This document shows positions 27,601-34,580 of a stretch of 39,213 bases of DNA, one piece after another. The position numbers were made by a program, and so were the translations under genes. Source of the DNA: a virus (Duplodnaviria; Caudoviricetes); IMG/VR virus record IMGVR_UViG_3300025288_000047, positions 1 through 39,213 of that record, one strand, 5' to 3'. The notes beneath the pieces were generated by a model that searched no databases, had not been told where the DNA came from, and was given only the letters and a program-made list of their open reading frames with translations. Each line of letters begins with the position of its first letter. Position 1 is the stretch's first letter.

Positions 27601-30190
27601 GACCACCACAGCCAACCCAGCCCAAACGTCCCTCCTAGTGCCTACAGGTAACACAGGACGTGTGCTGTTTGGTTCTTTGAGTCGAGTAGCCACGAATAGC
27701 ACGATTTGGTCCACCACCACCTATGTGGTCAACCCCAATCGAGCCTTGTTCCACGCTCGCGGCATTGTGGTCGCAGCAGAGATGCTGGTCCTTCCCGAAG
27801 TCGATGAGAACCCATGGTTCCTAACCCAAGGGTTCGGACAATCCCAGATCAGTTCAGGGCTGTTGCTCAAGTCTACGTCTGCAAGTAGCACACTCGACCT
27901 AAGCTATGGCTATGCTCGGATTGAGCCTTTCCTGACCACGAAGTCCTTCTTGGATGTGGATGCTACCTTCAGAGTGGAGTCCGGTGTCCTTGGAGGAGGT
28001 GATGCACAAATCAGAGTAAAGGATGACCAGCGTCAAGCCATCCTCTCCACCCTCCTCTATTCGGAGACAGGAAGCAGCAGGCAGCTTATCTCCCTGCCTT
28101 CGGTGTCATTCAGTGGTTTGCGCATTCCAGATTTGGATGGTTGGACTTCCGTAGTTCCCTTTAGCCTCTCCACAACCGTACATCAGAACCTATGCACCAT
28201 CACCCAGACTCTAGGTCAGTCCGGGGTCTACAGTCAGACCTTGAATCTCTCGTCCGGAAACCTTGCCTCTGGTTACGTCTTGGACTTCCGTGTGGCAGTC
28301 ACAAGCTACACGGCCAATGCTTTGGGCTACACGGGCACCACAGCCTCTGCAACCACAGATGGTGGTGTGCAGGTCGTCTTGGTTCTCAAGGCCCCTGTAG
28401 GGGTTGATCCAGCGAAAGTAGCGTTGTTCGACTCCACCCTGACAGAAGTGGCTGCAGCTCCTTTCACATGGACAGATGGTGCGTTTCACTCCTACCGCCT
28501 AGTCAGCACCGGAGCAAACGTGTCCCTCTTTGTGGATGACACCCTACTTGCCACCTTTGCATTGGCTCTGTTCTTGGCAGGAGGGGTTCCTGGAGAGGTG
28601 TCCTTCGGTGCTATGTTCACTGACGTTGCCTCTGTGTCAGTATGGGACAGTCTCTACGTCCACCCACAACCAGGAGCAGCACTCAAGAGGACTTTGGGCG
28701 TCTATGTGTCAGGGCCAGAAGATGACATTGATTCGTGGAGGATTTCACGAACGGATGGGACCTCGGCGTTAAACTCTTCCCCGACTGCAGCCCCCGTGGA
28801 GATGGACTGGACTTCGGATGTTCAAGTCAGGGTTCATTGGGATCCTACATGGGGCGTGTCAATTTACCGTCCCGATCTTGGGATGCCTCCTTGGTACACT
28901 GGGGCCTTTGCCTCCAAGGTGACCGACCCTACCGCAGCCTGGATCAACGTGGAGTACCCACAGTTACCAACCCATAATGACACGTTTGGGTCGGTGGCTT
29001 TTGGTGCTTTGGATGCTAGGTCTGTCACCCAGCAACGGTGGACAGAGATCCGGTACCGCATCTATAACACCCCTGACGAGAACTTCATTGCTCCTCAGCA
29101 CATGGTGCTCAACAGGTACAATCGGATCAACAGTGGTGAAGGGCTTCGTGATGTAACCCCTGAAGTGGTTACAGTACAGTCCCTTACTTCAACCATGGCA
29201 TCAGTACGTTCTGCCAACATGAACGCCTCTAGGGTTTTTGTGGTTGTGGTGGACAATGCTGTTGTAGCCAACACCCTGTGGTCGTTTAACGTTGACACTC
29301 AGACGATCCAGTTTGTCAATCCACTACCCTCAAACAGCTACCCTGTAACCATCACCTTCTCGCCAGGCAACCCGGTCACACAGACCTACCTAGACGCCCA
29401 GCCGTTGGAGGCTAGCCCCACCCAGTTGAATGAAGGCACTCCGCCAATCCCCCTGAGTCAGGTGGTGGTGAAGAGCTACCAAGTGGTGACAGGCACACCC
29501 TTGACCGATCCTCAAGGGACTACAGACACCATTACGGGACCTCTGGAGTCCCTCCAGTACAGCATGGAGGGATTGTATGCCTCCATGCAATTCACTACCA
29601 CAGACAATGGTGGAGTTGTTGATCAGATTGCCAGTGCTGATGATGGGCCTGCTCCGGGTCAGGGATGGATTGGGATAGATCTTGGGGGCAGTCTCTACCA
29701 AGATCGCGTGGTACAACGCAGCCCCTTAAACCAGATGCAGACCTTGAACCTATCGGGTGGTCGGAGGTTCATTGGTGGCACATTGGGGATGGTACTACAC
29801 CCCAACTACCCAGGCCCCACAGGACCACATCGGGGTCAAGTCCAGGGAGCAGAGCAAGAGATCCTTATGGGTCTGTCCTTCACCTATGCAGAGACGCTAA
29901 CTGTCTCACCTACAGCAGACAACACCCCACCTTCTCTGCCCACCTCTTCGAATCCCAATCCAGATGGCACACCCGGTGTCCATCTTCATGGTGCGGTGTT
30001 TGCAGAGCAGGTGGACTATGGGGTGACAGGTGTGAGTAGGTTGGGGCCCTGGGGAGGTATTACCTCTCTCACCACCGACTCTCTTTTGGGTGGGGGAGGG
30101 CCTTTGCTAGGTGCGGAGTTCACCCTACAGGGTGGATTCCCCTTGACCCCGCCAAGCACAACCACCTTTGTCATTGATGCGGCTGTATGA
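24605..30190 (+). CDS. Large multidomain virion protein (1861 aa) with Ig-like and probable lectin/LamG-like beta-sandwich domains
   Basis: GYG/FG-rich linker, then DTTPPRVTGS..IELFFSETM..LVDIAGNP (Big_5-like Ig); WTDGAFHSYRLVSTGANVSLFVDD resembles a ConA/LamG strand pattern; AGGAGG SD. Confidence 0.75.
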   Translation: MPVYIPTPAPGLGYGGPALSASGTITCLGVINNDAVSIGAITLVAGASQMEGGLNFNRIGTDGEVALSLAAAINAPGNGLSILVSALAIANVVSVIAKASGTTGNGIALSSNNVIRLAVSGSGFLTGGYGESGQYGYTAYGNGFFSRPPVATTGGFGGAEYGFGSFGALDTTPPRVTGSTSIDGYHIELFFSETMLLDAALLDPASYTLVPVQGAPTTITGVGVGTSAPGGCTSVVLTHSGTTTGGRYLLATSGLVDIAGNPVGPNPANSTACITLGDTATVQVVPESGTSVRFDFFQSDGVTPQPMLPEVEFTPGVLDPTNYSITTDYPLQLAVGSITHPYGSDSQVGLSVSQMTSTLYTATVGPSNVVVYTGSVVPSAEASFTGTELGVGTSTASSSSHLLLSKTIGNLYGWRFEDLSGRMLPAASFQMDFTFDTTTASFSPPLYDSDLGTLTISDGATQVDILFRRLFGVDVVDVVSGSFYQQVPANWGGSATTVQLLRNQKAGVYAVLLNGVPVVSAPIASFLGAPTIAPGVQFLLSATYTISTLKVLGVSLTATQTIYTSAWNFLHSVGATFTGSASLARAAIQTAYGPLVKTWGDSTPATKQDVAIRVNGTPVEIQRVNPYSGVIYPTIPIPLTPPGTNTVEVDYAWMRNPRLPFAGLNTPGLTLNSWYGKGRTTTSTTTSQGAARRSRFPMSLALVSRTKAPQPVLIGHRYSGFEVAYSALLNSPTTLRLNQNPHRIGVPSLTHAATPVSLAFDGTTTPPLAPDAWVLDGVDAGVVVGDGTYQLVDNSSGSFGVGTATVYYKAVDVLSQPSAVEAVARLQIESYTPDGVFTGVAFGASDNRHLHLAGFLEVNGVKHIGLLTDASLPHLASSWEIGPSTLATVVSSNVLTISSTNLPSFVIPGSRFQIFSGNQTGVYQIATCGVDDYNGLATLTLNSNLPADYTLEGNDTATLYFEVLWEASLTTYRLITDTVTHVAVLYVGGTLQGEAVTALTTTANPAQTSLLVPTGNTGRVLFGSLSRVATNSTIWSTTTYVVNPNRALFHARGIVVAAEMLVLPEVDENPWFLTQGFGQSQISSGLLLKSTSASSTLDLSYGYARIEPFLTTKSFLDVDATFRVESGVLGGGDAQIRVKDDQRQAILSTLLYSETGSSRQLISLPSVSFSGLRIPDLDGWTSVVPFSLSTTVHQNLCTITQTLGQSGVYSQTLNLSSGNLASGYVLDFRVAVTSYTANALGYTGTTASATTDGGVQVVLVLKAPVGVDPAKVALFDSTLTEVAAAPFTWTDGAFHSYRLVSTGANVSLFVDDTLLATFALALFLAGGVPGEVSFGAMFTDVASVSVWDSLYVHPQPGAALKRTLGVYVSGPEDDIDSWRISRTDGTSALNSSPTAAPVEMDWTSDVQVRVHWDPTWGVSIYRPDLGMPPWYTGAFASKVTDPTAAWINVEYPQLPTHNDTFGSVAFGALDARSVTQQRWTEIRYRIYNTPDENFIAPQHMVLNRYNRINSGEGLRDVTPEVVTVQSLTSTMASVRSANMNASRVFVVVVDNAVVANTLWSFNVDTQTIQFVNPLPSNSYPVTITFSPGNPVTQTYLDAQPLEASPTQLNEGTPPIPLSQVVVKSYQVVTGTPLTDPQGTTDTITGPLESLQYSMEGLYASMQFTTTDNGGVVDQIASADDGPAPGQGWIGIDLGGSLYQDRVVQRSPLNQMQTLNLSGGRRFIGGTLGMVLHPNYPGPTGPHRGQVQGAEQEILMGLSFTYAETLTVSPTADNTPPSLPTSSNPNPDGTPGVHLHGAVFAEQVDYGVTGVSRLGPWGGITSLTTDSLLGGGGPLLGAEFTLQGGFPLTPPSTTTFVIDAAV

Positions 30191-30222
30191 CAGTGTGCAT
30201 ACTGACAATGCTGCTCAAGGCT

Positions 30223-30253
30223 AGTATTCTCCCTATACCTTCGTGGAAGGTAG
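30223..30253 (+). promoter_or_regulatory. Copy of conserved upstream motif with internal hairpin
   Basis: AGT-attctc-CCTAT-N14-TAG; TACCTTC/GAAGGTA stem. Confidence 0.55.
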
Positions 30254-30275
30254 AACCTTTATCGAGAGCTCCCCA

Positions 30276-30653
30276 ATGTCAAGCCTAGAGTCACAAGTAC
30301 TTCGTATTGCCTCCAATCTCCCTGAAGGAGATCCTGCCCGCAAGGAACTCTTGGCTGCACTGAAGGAGGCTTCTGACCACAACCTCTTTTGGGAGGTTGT
30401 GGATAATAAGGCGTTCTTAAATCTTCGGAGTAGGATGAAGAGTTCAGGTGACGAACAGAGTGTGGCTCTTTTGAGAGAGATCCACACCCACCTATCCAAG
30501 GCTTTGACTCTGGACTCTAGGAATGCGGATGGCTTCACCCGTCTTCGTAACATGCTACCACATGCCGCACAGTGGGATGAAGCGTTGCTTCGTAACAACA
30601 TCTTCAAGATTGCCAACTCGCTAGGGATCAAGCTCCCTTCGGGGATGTTCTAA
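30276..30653 (+). CDS. Small all-helical hypothetical protein (125 aa)
   Basis: ATG 30276 lies downstream of the motif (track GTG 30243 lies inside it); N- and C-terminal helices resemble each other. Confidence 0.7.
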   Translation: MSSLESQVLRIASNLPEGDPARKELLAALKEASDHNLFWEVVDNKAFLNLRSRMKSSGDEQSVALLREIHTHLSKALTLDSRNADGFTRLRNMLPHAAQWDEALLRNNIFKIANSLGIKLPSGMF

Positions 30654-30654
30654 G

Positions 30655-31296
30655 ATGTTCAAGAAGGATCGGGTACTTAAGCCAAGAGAGGGGTTCAAAA
30701 TGGGCATGGGCATTTTTAATGAGGAGCATGTGTCAGGGACTATCACCCTACAGGGTGAGGTGTTCTTCCACATGGTGGATGCTCGAACCGGTGAGGTTCT
30801 GTTGGACCGTTCACAAAAAAACCTCATCATGCTGGATGCAGGTATTCTGATTGCACGTCTACTCAAGGACCCGGCAGAGCCTGCACATGGTCTGAACATG
30901 CTCGCCATTGGTACGGGAGCTACAGGAGCTTTGCTTGCTCCAGATGCACCAGACAATCGTCAGCGCAAGCTCAATGCTGAGCTAGCTCGGAAGAGCTTCT
31001 CTTCTACGGTTTTCCGGGATGCCTCGGGCAATGCGGTTAGCATCCCCACCAATATTGTGGACTACACAGTCACCTTTGGTGAGGGGGAGGCGGTAGGTCC
31101 TCTGAATGAGATGGGTCTACTGTCTACGATCAGCGCAAACACTAGCATTCTGAACCCATCCCCAGATACTTTTCCTACACGAGATGTGACAGTGGACGTA
31201 TCCCTGTACGACACTCTGTTTAATTATCTCACCTTTGGGGTGATCGTTAAACCGAGTACAGCCGTGTTGTCCTTAACTTGGCGGATCACCACCTAG
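30655..31296 (+). CDS. Tail-collar/fibre-attachment-like structural protein (DUF3751-like), 213 aa
   Basis: KNLIM..LAIGTG..LNAELARK..FGEGEAVGPLNEMGL..LFNYLTF..K..LSLTWRIT pattern. Confidence 0.6.
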   Translation: MFKKDRVLKPREGFKMGMGIFNEEHVSGTITLQGEVFFHMVDARTGEVLLDRSQKNLIMLDAGILIARLLKDPAEPAHGLNMLAIGTGATGALLAPDAPDNRQRKLNAELARKSFSSTVFRDASGNAVSIPTNIVDYTVTFGEGEAVGPLNEMGLLSTISANTSILNPSPDTFPTRDVTVDVSLYDTLFNYLTFGVIVKPSTAVLSLTWRITT

Positions 31297-31967
31297 AATG
31301 GCACCACAATTTGTTCTGGGTTGATATCGGGGGTGACAGGTTCCACCTTTTCGCTTCGGAAAGCGGCACGGGACTTGTCAATCCGTTTCTGACACTCCTC
31401 TGGAGTGTTGCCCGTGGCCAGGGCTACGCAGTACTCAGTGTTAAGCCAAGCCACGTCGGTGTTGCGACGTGTTACGGGGTCACGGGCATCGGAGAGTGCG
31501 ATGCCTACGCGGCCATCACGGGCCCAGAAGACGACCCCGATAGTGCCCTTCGGGGTCTTACGGCCCCGAACAACTTGGACGATGCGCCCGATGGTGGGAG
31601 CTTCGGCCGCAGCCTTGATGCGGGCAGCCTTTTCCTCCTCATACCGCTTCTCAGCAGCAAGCTTGTCAGCAAGTTGCTTGTCAGCAAGTTGCTTGCTGAC
31701 AAGGGCTTGATACTCTGCCATTACCTCCGGGGAGGCATCCACGACTACGTCTGCGCGCTTGGGGTCACAATCGAAGTTGGACCCCACGAAGATGGAGAGG
31801 ATGGTCCCCTCTTCGGTGTAAACCTGGGCGTAAAAATCATCCGCCCAGATGTCAGACATCTTCTTTACGTTGTAAACCGTCAAGATTGACACAACCCGCC
31901 CTACATGCTCAGGCTCTCCCTTAGTGGCCTCCTGGTAAGAGCTATAAGTGTAGTGTTGGATGCCCAT
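31293..31967 (-). CDS. Hypothetical accessory protein (224 aa): N-domain, charged helical linker, KOW/SH3-like C-domain
   Basis: AAAGGA SD; IGRIVQVVRGRKTPKGTIGVVFW resembles a KOW motif; stop overlaps the convergent gene's stop at CTAG. Confidence 0.75.
   Translation of the reverse strand: MGIQHYTYSSYQEATKGEPEHVGRVVSILTVYNVKKMSDIWADDFYAQVYTEEGTILSIFVGSNFDCDPKRADVVVDASPEVMAEYQALVSKQLADKQLADKLAAEKRYEEEKAARIKAAAEAPTIGRIVQVVRGRKTPKGTIGVVFWARDGRVGIALSDARDPVTRRNTDVAWLNTEYCVALATGNTPEECQKRIDKSRAAFRSEKVEPVTPDINPEQIVVPF
31661..31703. repeat. 15-bp tandem duplication joined to a 12-bp perfect inverted repeat
   Basis: GCTTGTCAGCAAGTT x2 (31661-31690); CTTGTCAGCAAG (31677-31688) / CTTGCTGACAAG (31692-31703). 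Confidence 0.85.
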
Positions 31968-31993
31968 GCTGTCCGTCCTTTGTACATCTCTAT

Positions 31994-32021
31994 CTACCCG
32001 AGATAGGGTTGGCTTGAAACC
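31994..32021 (-). promoter_or_regulatory. Putative early/accessory promoter motif
   Basis: Minus strand GGTTTCAAG-ccaaccctatctc-GGGTAG upstream of 31967. Confidence 0.55.
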
Positions 32022-32771
32022 CTAAGCCTTCACGAAGTTGTACTTGTAGCCCAACTTGTAGGGGGTGTTGGGTTCAAGCCCATCTTCCCCAATGTAGCCA
32101 ACCTTGGTTCGGCTACGACCATCCCAGTAGTCGATGGCGAGCTTGCCCCGATAACCGGCAGTGACCGTGCCACCTTCACCGGCATTGGCCGTGCCCCGAT
32201 CACCGGCAGTGGCCGTGCCCCCTTCACCGGCATTGGCCGTGCCCTTCTTACCGGCATTGGCCGTGCCATGCCTACCGGCATTGGCCGTGCCCCCTTCACC
32301 GACAGTGGCCGTGCCCCCTTCACCGGCATTGGCCGTGCCCCAATCTCCGACATTGGCCGTGCCGTAGTCACCAACAAGGACATGGCCATTAGGGTTGAGA
32401 TTGCTCATCTTAGCCCCAATGACTGCCCGTCCAAAACCACCATTGGCTAGGAGAAAATTGGTGGCTCCCTGCTGATCTCCAGAGAAGACGACATTTCCAC
32501 GAGGGAACTTGACTTTTCCCACAAGGTCTACGATGTCCTTTTCCAGGACTTCAACCACCTGCCAGACGGAATCATCTTTCCAATTGAAGAGGGATCCATT
32601 CCCTTCGCCCCAGAGGGCTCCTTGGAGCCCTCTGCCACAAATGGGCTCAGGGCTCCAATCAGGAGCCTCCACAGGGCCCGACTCGGGCCACTGGAAGCCT
32701 CCATAAGAGATTCGATCCTTGTTCGAGGTTCTAAGAACCAGAACATGGTCTGGGGGAAGTTGGTAGGTCAT
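32022..32771 (-). CDS. Miniature ice-nucleation-protein (InaZ)-like protein, 249 aa
   Basis: N-domain LVLRT..WPESGPVE..W..GLQGALWGEG..WQVVEV..DIVDL..VKFPRGNVV..GD parallels the recalled InaZ N-domain; about 10 (A/V)GxxGTA(N/T) octapeptides; C-cap YWDGRSR..GEDGLEPNTPY parallels the InaZ cap; ATG 32771 has AGGAG SD. Confidence 0.8.
   Translation of the reverse strand: MTYQLPPDHVLVLRTSNKDRISYGGFQWPESGPVEAPDWSPEPICGRGLQGALWGEGNGSLFNWKDDSVWQVVEVLEKDIVDLVGKVKFPRGNVVFSGDQQGATNFLLANGGFGRAVIGAKMSNLNPNGHVLVGDYGTANVGDWGTANAGEGGTATVGEGGTANAGRHGTANAGKKGTANAGEGGTATAGDRGTANAGEGGTVTAGYRGKLAIDYWDGRSRTKVGYIGEDGLEPNTPYKLGYKYNFVKA
32155..32372. repeat. 24-bp tandem repeat array encoding octapeptides
   Basis: Core CCGGCATTGGCCGTGCC recurs every 24 bp with about 6 variable bases. 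Confidence 0.9.
32611..32634. repeat. 11-bp perfect inverted repeat inside the InaZ-like gene
   Basis: CAGAGGGCTCC-tt-GGAGCCCTCTG. Confidence 0.8.
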
Positions 32772-32800
32772 TTTTGGATTCTCCTGTTGATAGGTTCTTA

Positions 32801-32829
32801 CTACGCTAGATAGGGTAGGCCTTGCTGAA
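32801..32829 (-). promoter_or_regulatory. Putative early/accessory promoter motif
   Basis: Minus strand TTCAGCAAG-gcctaccctatcta-GCGTAG; spacer also resembles the 31994 copy (ACCCTATCT). Confidence 0.55.
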
Positions 32830-32855
32830 GTGGGGGTGTCCTCTTGGACCATCAG

Positions 32856-32904
32856 AGCACCTGATCGCTACGGAGCAACATGGGCTCCGTAGCGATCAGG
32901 TGCT
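32856..32904. repeat. 21-bp perfect inverted repeat (terminator-like or other stem-loop)
   Basis: AGCACCTGATCGCTACGGAGC-aacatgg-GCTCCGTAGCGATCAGGTGCT, abutting the stop of 32903..33208; no U-tract on either strand. Confidence 0.9.
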
Positions 32905-33208
32905 ACACTAGGACGAAATCCGTGCGTGGAACCCTTCCATCAGCTGCCAACCATGCAAGGATTTCTTCTACAGCAAATGCGTGGACCGGACCATTGCTGT
33001 AGACACATTGATACTCCAACACTTCTTCCAAGGTTCCTGTTTGAGGCCCCTCAAGATCAAAGATACTGGCGACACGAAAGAAAGTGTGATCCTGACTTTC
33101 GATATAGATTGTGGAAATGTCCGCATCCGCAGGAAGAGCTGCTTGCAGAAGGGTCATGATCTCAGCTCGGCTGATGTATGTCACGGGGATAGTGGTGGTT
33201 TCCATCAC
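32903..33208 (-). CDS. Hypothetical acidic accessory protein (~100 aa)
   Basis: Protein-like composition; has its own upstream motif and downstream hairpin; co-oriented with the island. Confidence 0.7.
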   Translation of the reverse strand: MMETTTIPVTYISRAEIMTLLQAALPADADISTIYIESQDHTFFRVASIFDLEGPQTGTLEEVLEYQCVYSNGPVHAFAVEEILAWLAADGRVPRTDFVLV

Positions 33209-33249
33209 TTGACTCTTGGTTGTGTGGTAAAACGGTGTCCTCTTCTCTA

Positions 33250-33277
33250 GTACGCAGATCTCTATGTCCTTGAAACC
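33250..33277 (-). promoter_or_regulatory. Putative early/accessory promoter motif
   Basis: Minus strand GGTTTCAAG-gacatagagatct-GCGTAC; same 9-mer and 13-nt spacing as the 31994 copy. Confidence 0.55.
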
Positions 33278-33319
33278 TAAATGTGCAGTTGGTTTCTCTC
33301 TGTTCTTCTAGAACCGCCC

Positions 33320-34000
33320 TCAACGCAGCTTCTGGAGAGCAGCTTGGCCGTAGTAGGCGGCTAGTTCGGCCTCCAAGGAAGGATGCACCTTCAAGGTGGC
33401 GAGGACTCGTTGGAGTTCAGGAGAGGGTGGAGGTGCCTCTTGGGGGAAGTGGAGATCCCTCATGGCTTCCATGTGCGCTAAAGGGATGTTAGGTGCATGT
33501 ATGAAAAGTTCACCATCCTTGGTACGAAAAATAGTCCAGGGAACTGTCTTGTGGTATGCCCCGGATTCGTAGTCTGCATTGGAACCGATGCGAGCATCCT
33601 TAAAAATCCTTGCATGCCTTTGAACCTGGGCGTCCCCATAAACAAGGGCTTTTTCAAACACACTGGCATAGTTGTATATTTGAGCATGGTTGTATATTTG
33701 AGCATGGTTGTAGACTCTGGCGTCCCCAAAGACTCTGGCGTCCCCAAAGACTCTGGCGTCCCCAAAGATTTGAGCATAGCCAAAGATTTGAGCATGGCCA
33801 AAGATTTGAGCATGGCCAAAGATTTGAGCATGTCCTAAGACCTGAGCCAAATTATAGATCTGGGCATCAGGCCCTAAATAAGCGGAGTCAGCCACCGTAG
33901 CAGTATCGGCAACCCAGCCACCTTTAGTGGCATCGGGGTTCTGGTGGCGGTGCGCAGGTACGGGACCATTACCAAAATCAAAGTAGGTGGGCCTACTCAT
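33320..34000 (-). CDS. Hexapeptide-repeat (left-handed beta-helix-like) accessory protein, 226 aa; paralogue of 17124..17627
   Basis: About 15 QIFGHA/RVFGDA/QIYNHA repeats; shared N-terminus and shared C-terminal PWT(I/L)F...RVL..L..P..AEL region. Confidence 0.85.
   Translation of the reverse strand: MSRPTYFDFGNGPVPAHRHQNPDATKGGWVADTATVADSAYLGPDAQIYNLAQVLGHAQIFGHAQIFGHAQIFGYAQIFGDARVFGDARVFGDARVYNHAQIYNHAQIYNYASVFEKALVYGDAQVQRHARIFKDARIGSNADYESGAYHKTVPWTIFRTKDGELFIHAPNIPLAHMEAMRDLHFPQEAPPPSPELQRVLATLKVHPSLEAELAAYYGQAALQKLR
33666..33850. repeat. 18-bp tandem repeat blocks
   Basis: GACTCTGGCGTCCCCAAA x3, GATTTGAGCATGGCCAAA-type x3-4, TTGTATATTTGAGCATGG x2. Confidence 0.9.
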
Positions 34001-34014
34001 CCCCTATCCACCCC

Positions 34015-34350
34015 CTACTTGACCCACTTGAGGGTGCGGACTTCGTTGATCTTGTGGGAGGGATCAATGATCAGCCCTGTGAAGTTCAAATGCTCCGAAT
34101 CCCGCAAGAACTGTCCATACCGGCGTTGGATTGGGGTGTTGCGCCCCACAATCGGTAGATCTCCCCCACGATAGTAGTCCATGAGGTTTCGGCGGTTGGT
34201 GAAGACTACGATGAAGGTTTCACCTTCATCTGACAGCATGGCTGGCGGGTCTGTTACCCATAGCTTCGTGCGAATGTCCATGGGGGCCTTGGGGGCCTTG
34301 GAAGCCGTGGTGGCCTCTACTACATGGGCGGAGGGGAAATTGTCATTCAT
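34015..34350 (-). CDS. Hypothetical protein (111 aa), possibly SseB-N-like domain
   Basis: ATG 34350 preceded by AAAGGAG SD (track start 34476 less likely); IVVFTN..L..TGLIIDP resembles the SseB family pattern. Confidence 0.65.
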   Translation of the reverse strand: MNDNFPSAHVVEATTASKAPKAPMDIRTKLWVTDPPAMLSDEGETFIVVFTNRRNLMDYYRGGDLPIVGRNTPIQRRYGQFLRDSEHLNFTGLIIDPSHKINEVRTLKWVK

Positions 34351-34356
34351 AGGGCA

Positions 34357-34400
34357 CTCCTTTGTACAGGGTTCTCTTACCCCCGTTGGTAAACCAATAA
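34357..34400 (-). promoter_or_regulatory. Leader of first island gene; partial match to the accessory motif
   Basis: Minus strand GGGGTAAGAG..TGTACAAAGGAG; TGTACAAAGGA is identical to the leader of the 31967 gene (31976-31986). Confidence 0.4.
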
Positions 34401-34580
34401 CACTAAACTCGTATCTAGGCAGGAGATTTTGTGATGTCGTGTTGCAGAAAGAAGCCATCCGCGCTATCACCTTCACCTAGGATCAACACATCCACTCCTA
34501 CACCCCAAGGGAACACAGAGCGAGTGCCTGTCCACAAACAGCCGGATGCTGTTTGGAAACCAGGAAAGTAACCCCCTACC

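Noticed and set aside
32155-32372. 24-bp repeat array as a CRISPR array
   Set aside because: Variable parts are only about 6 nt, the period is a multiple of 3, it lies in frame in a protein gene, and no cas genes are present
17124-34000. Paralogous repeat genes as a DGR template/variable pair
   Set aside because: No reverse transcriptase in the window; differences are largely synonymous or repeat-number changes rather than adenine-specific; both copies are intact ORFs
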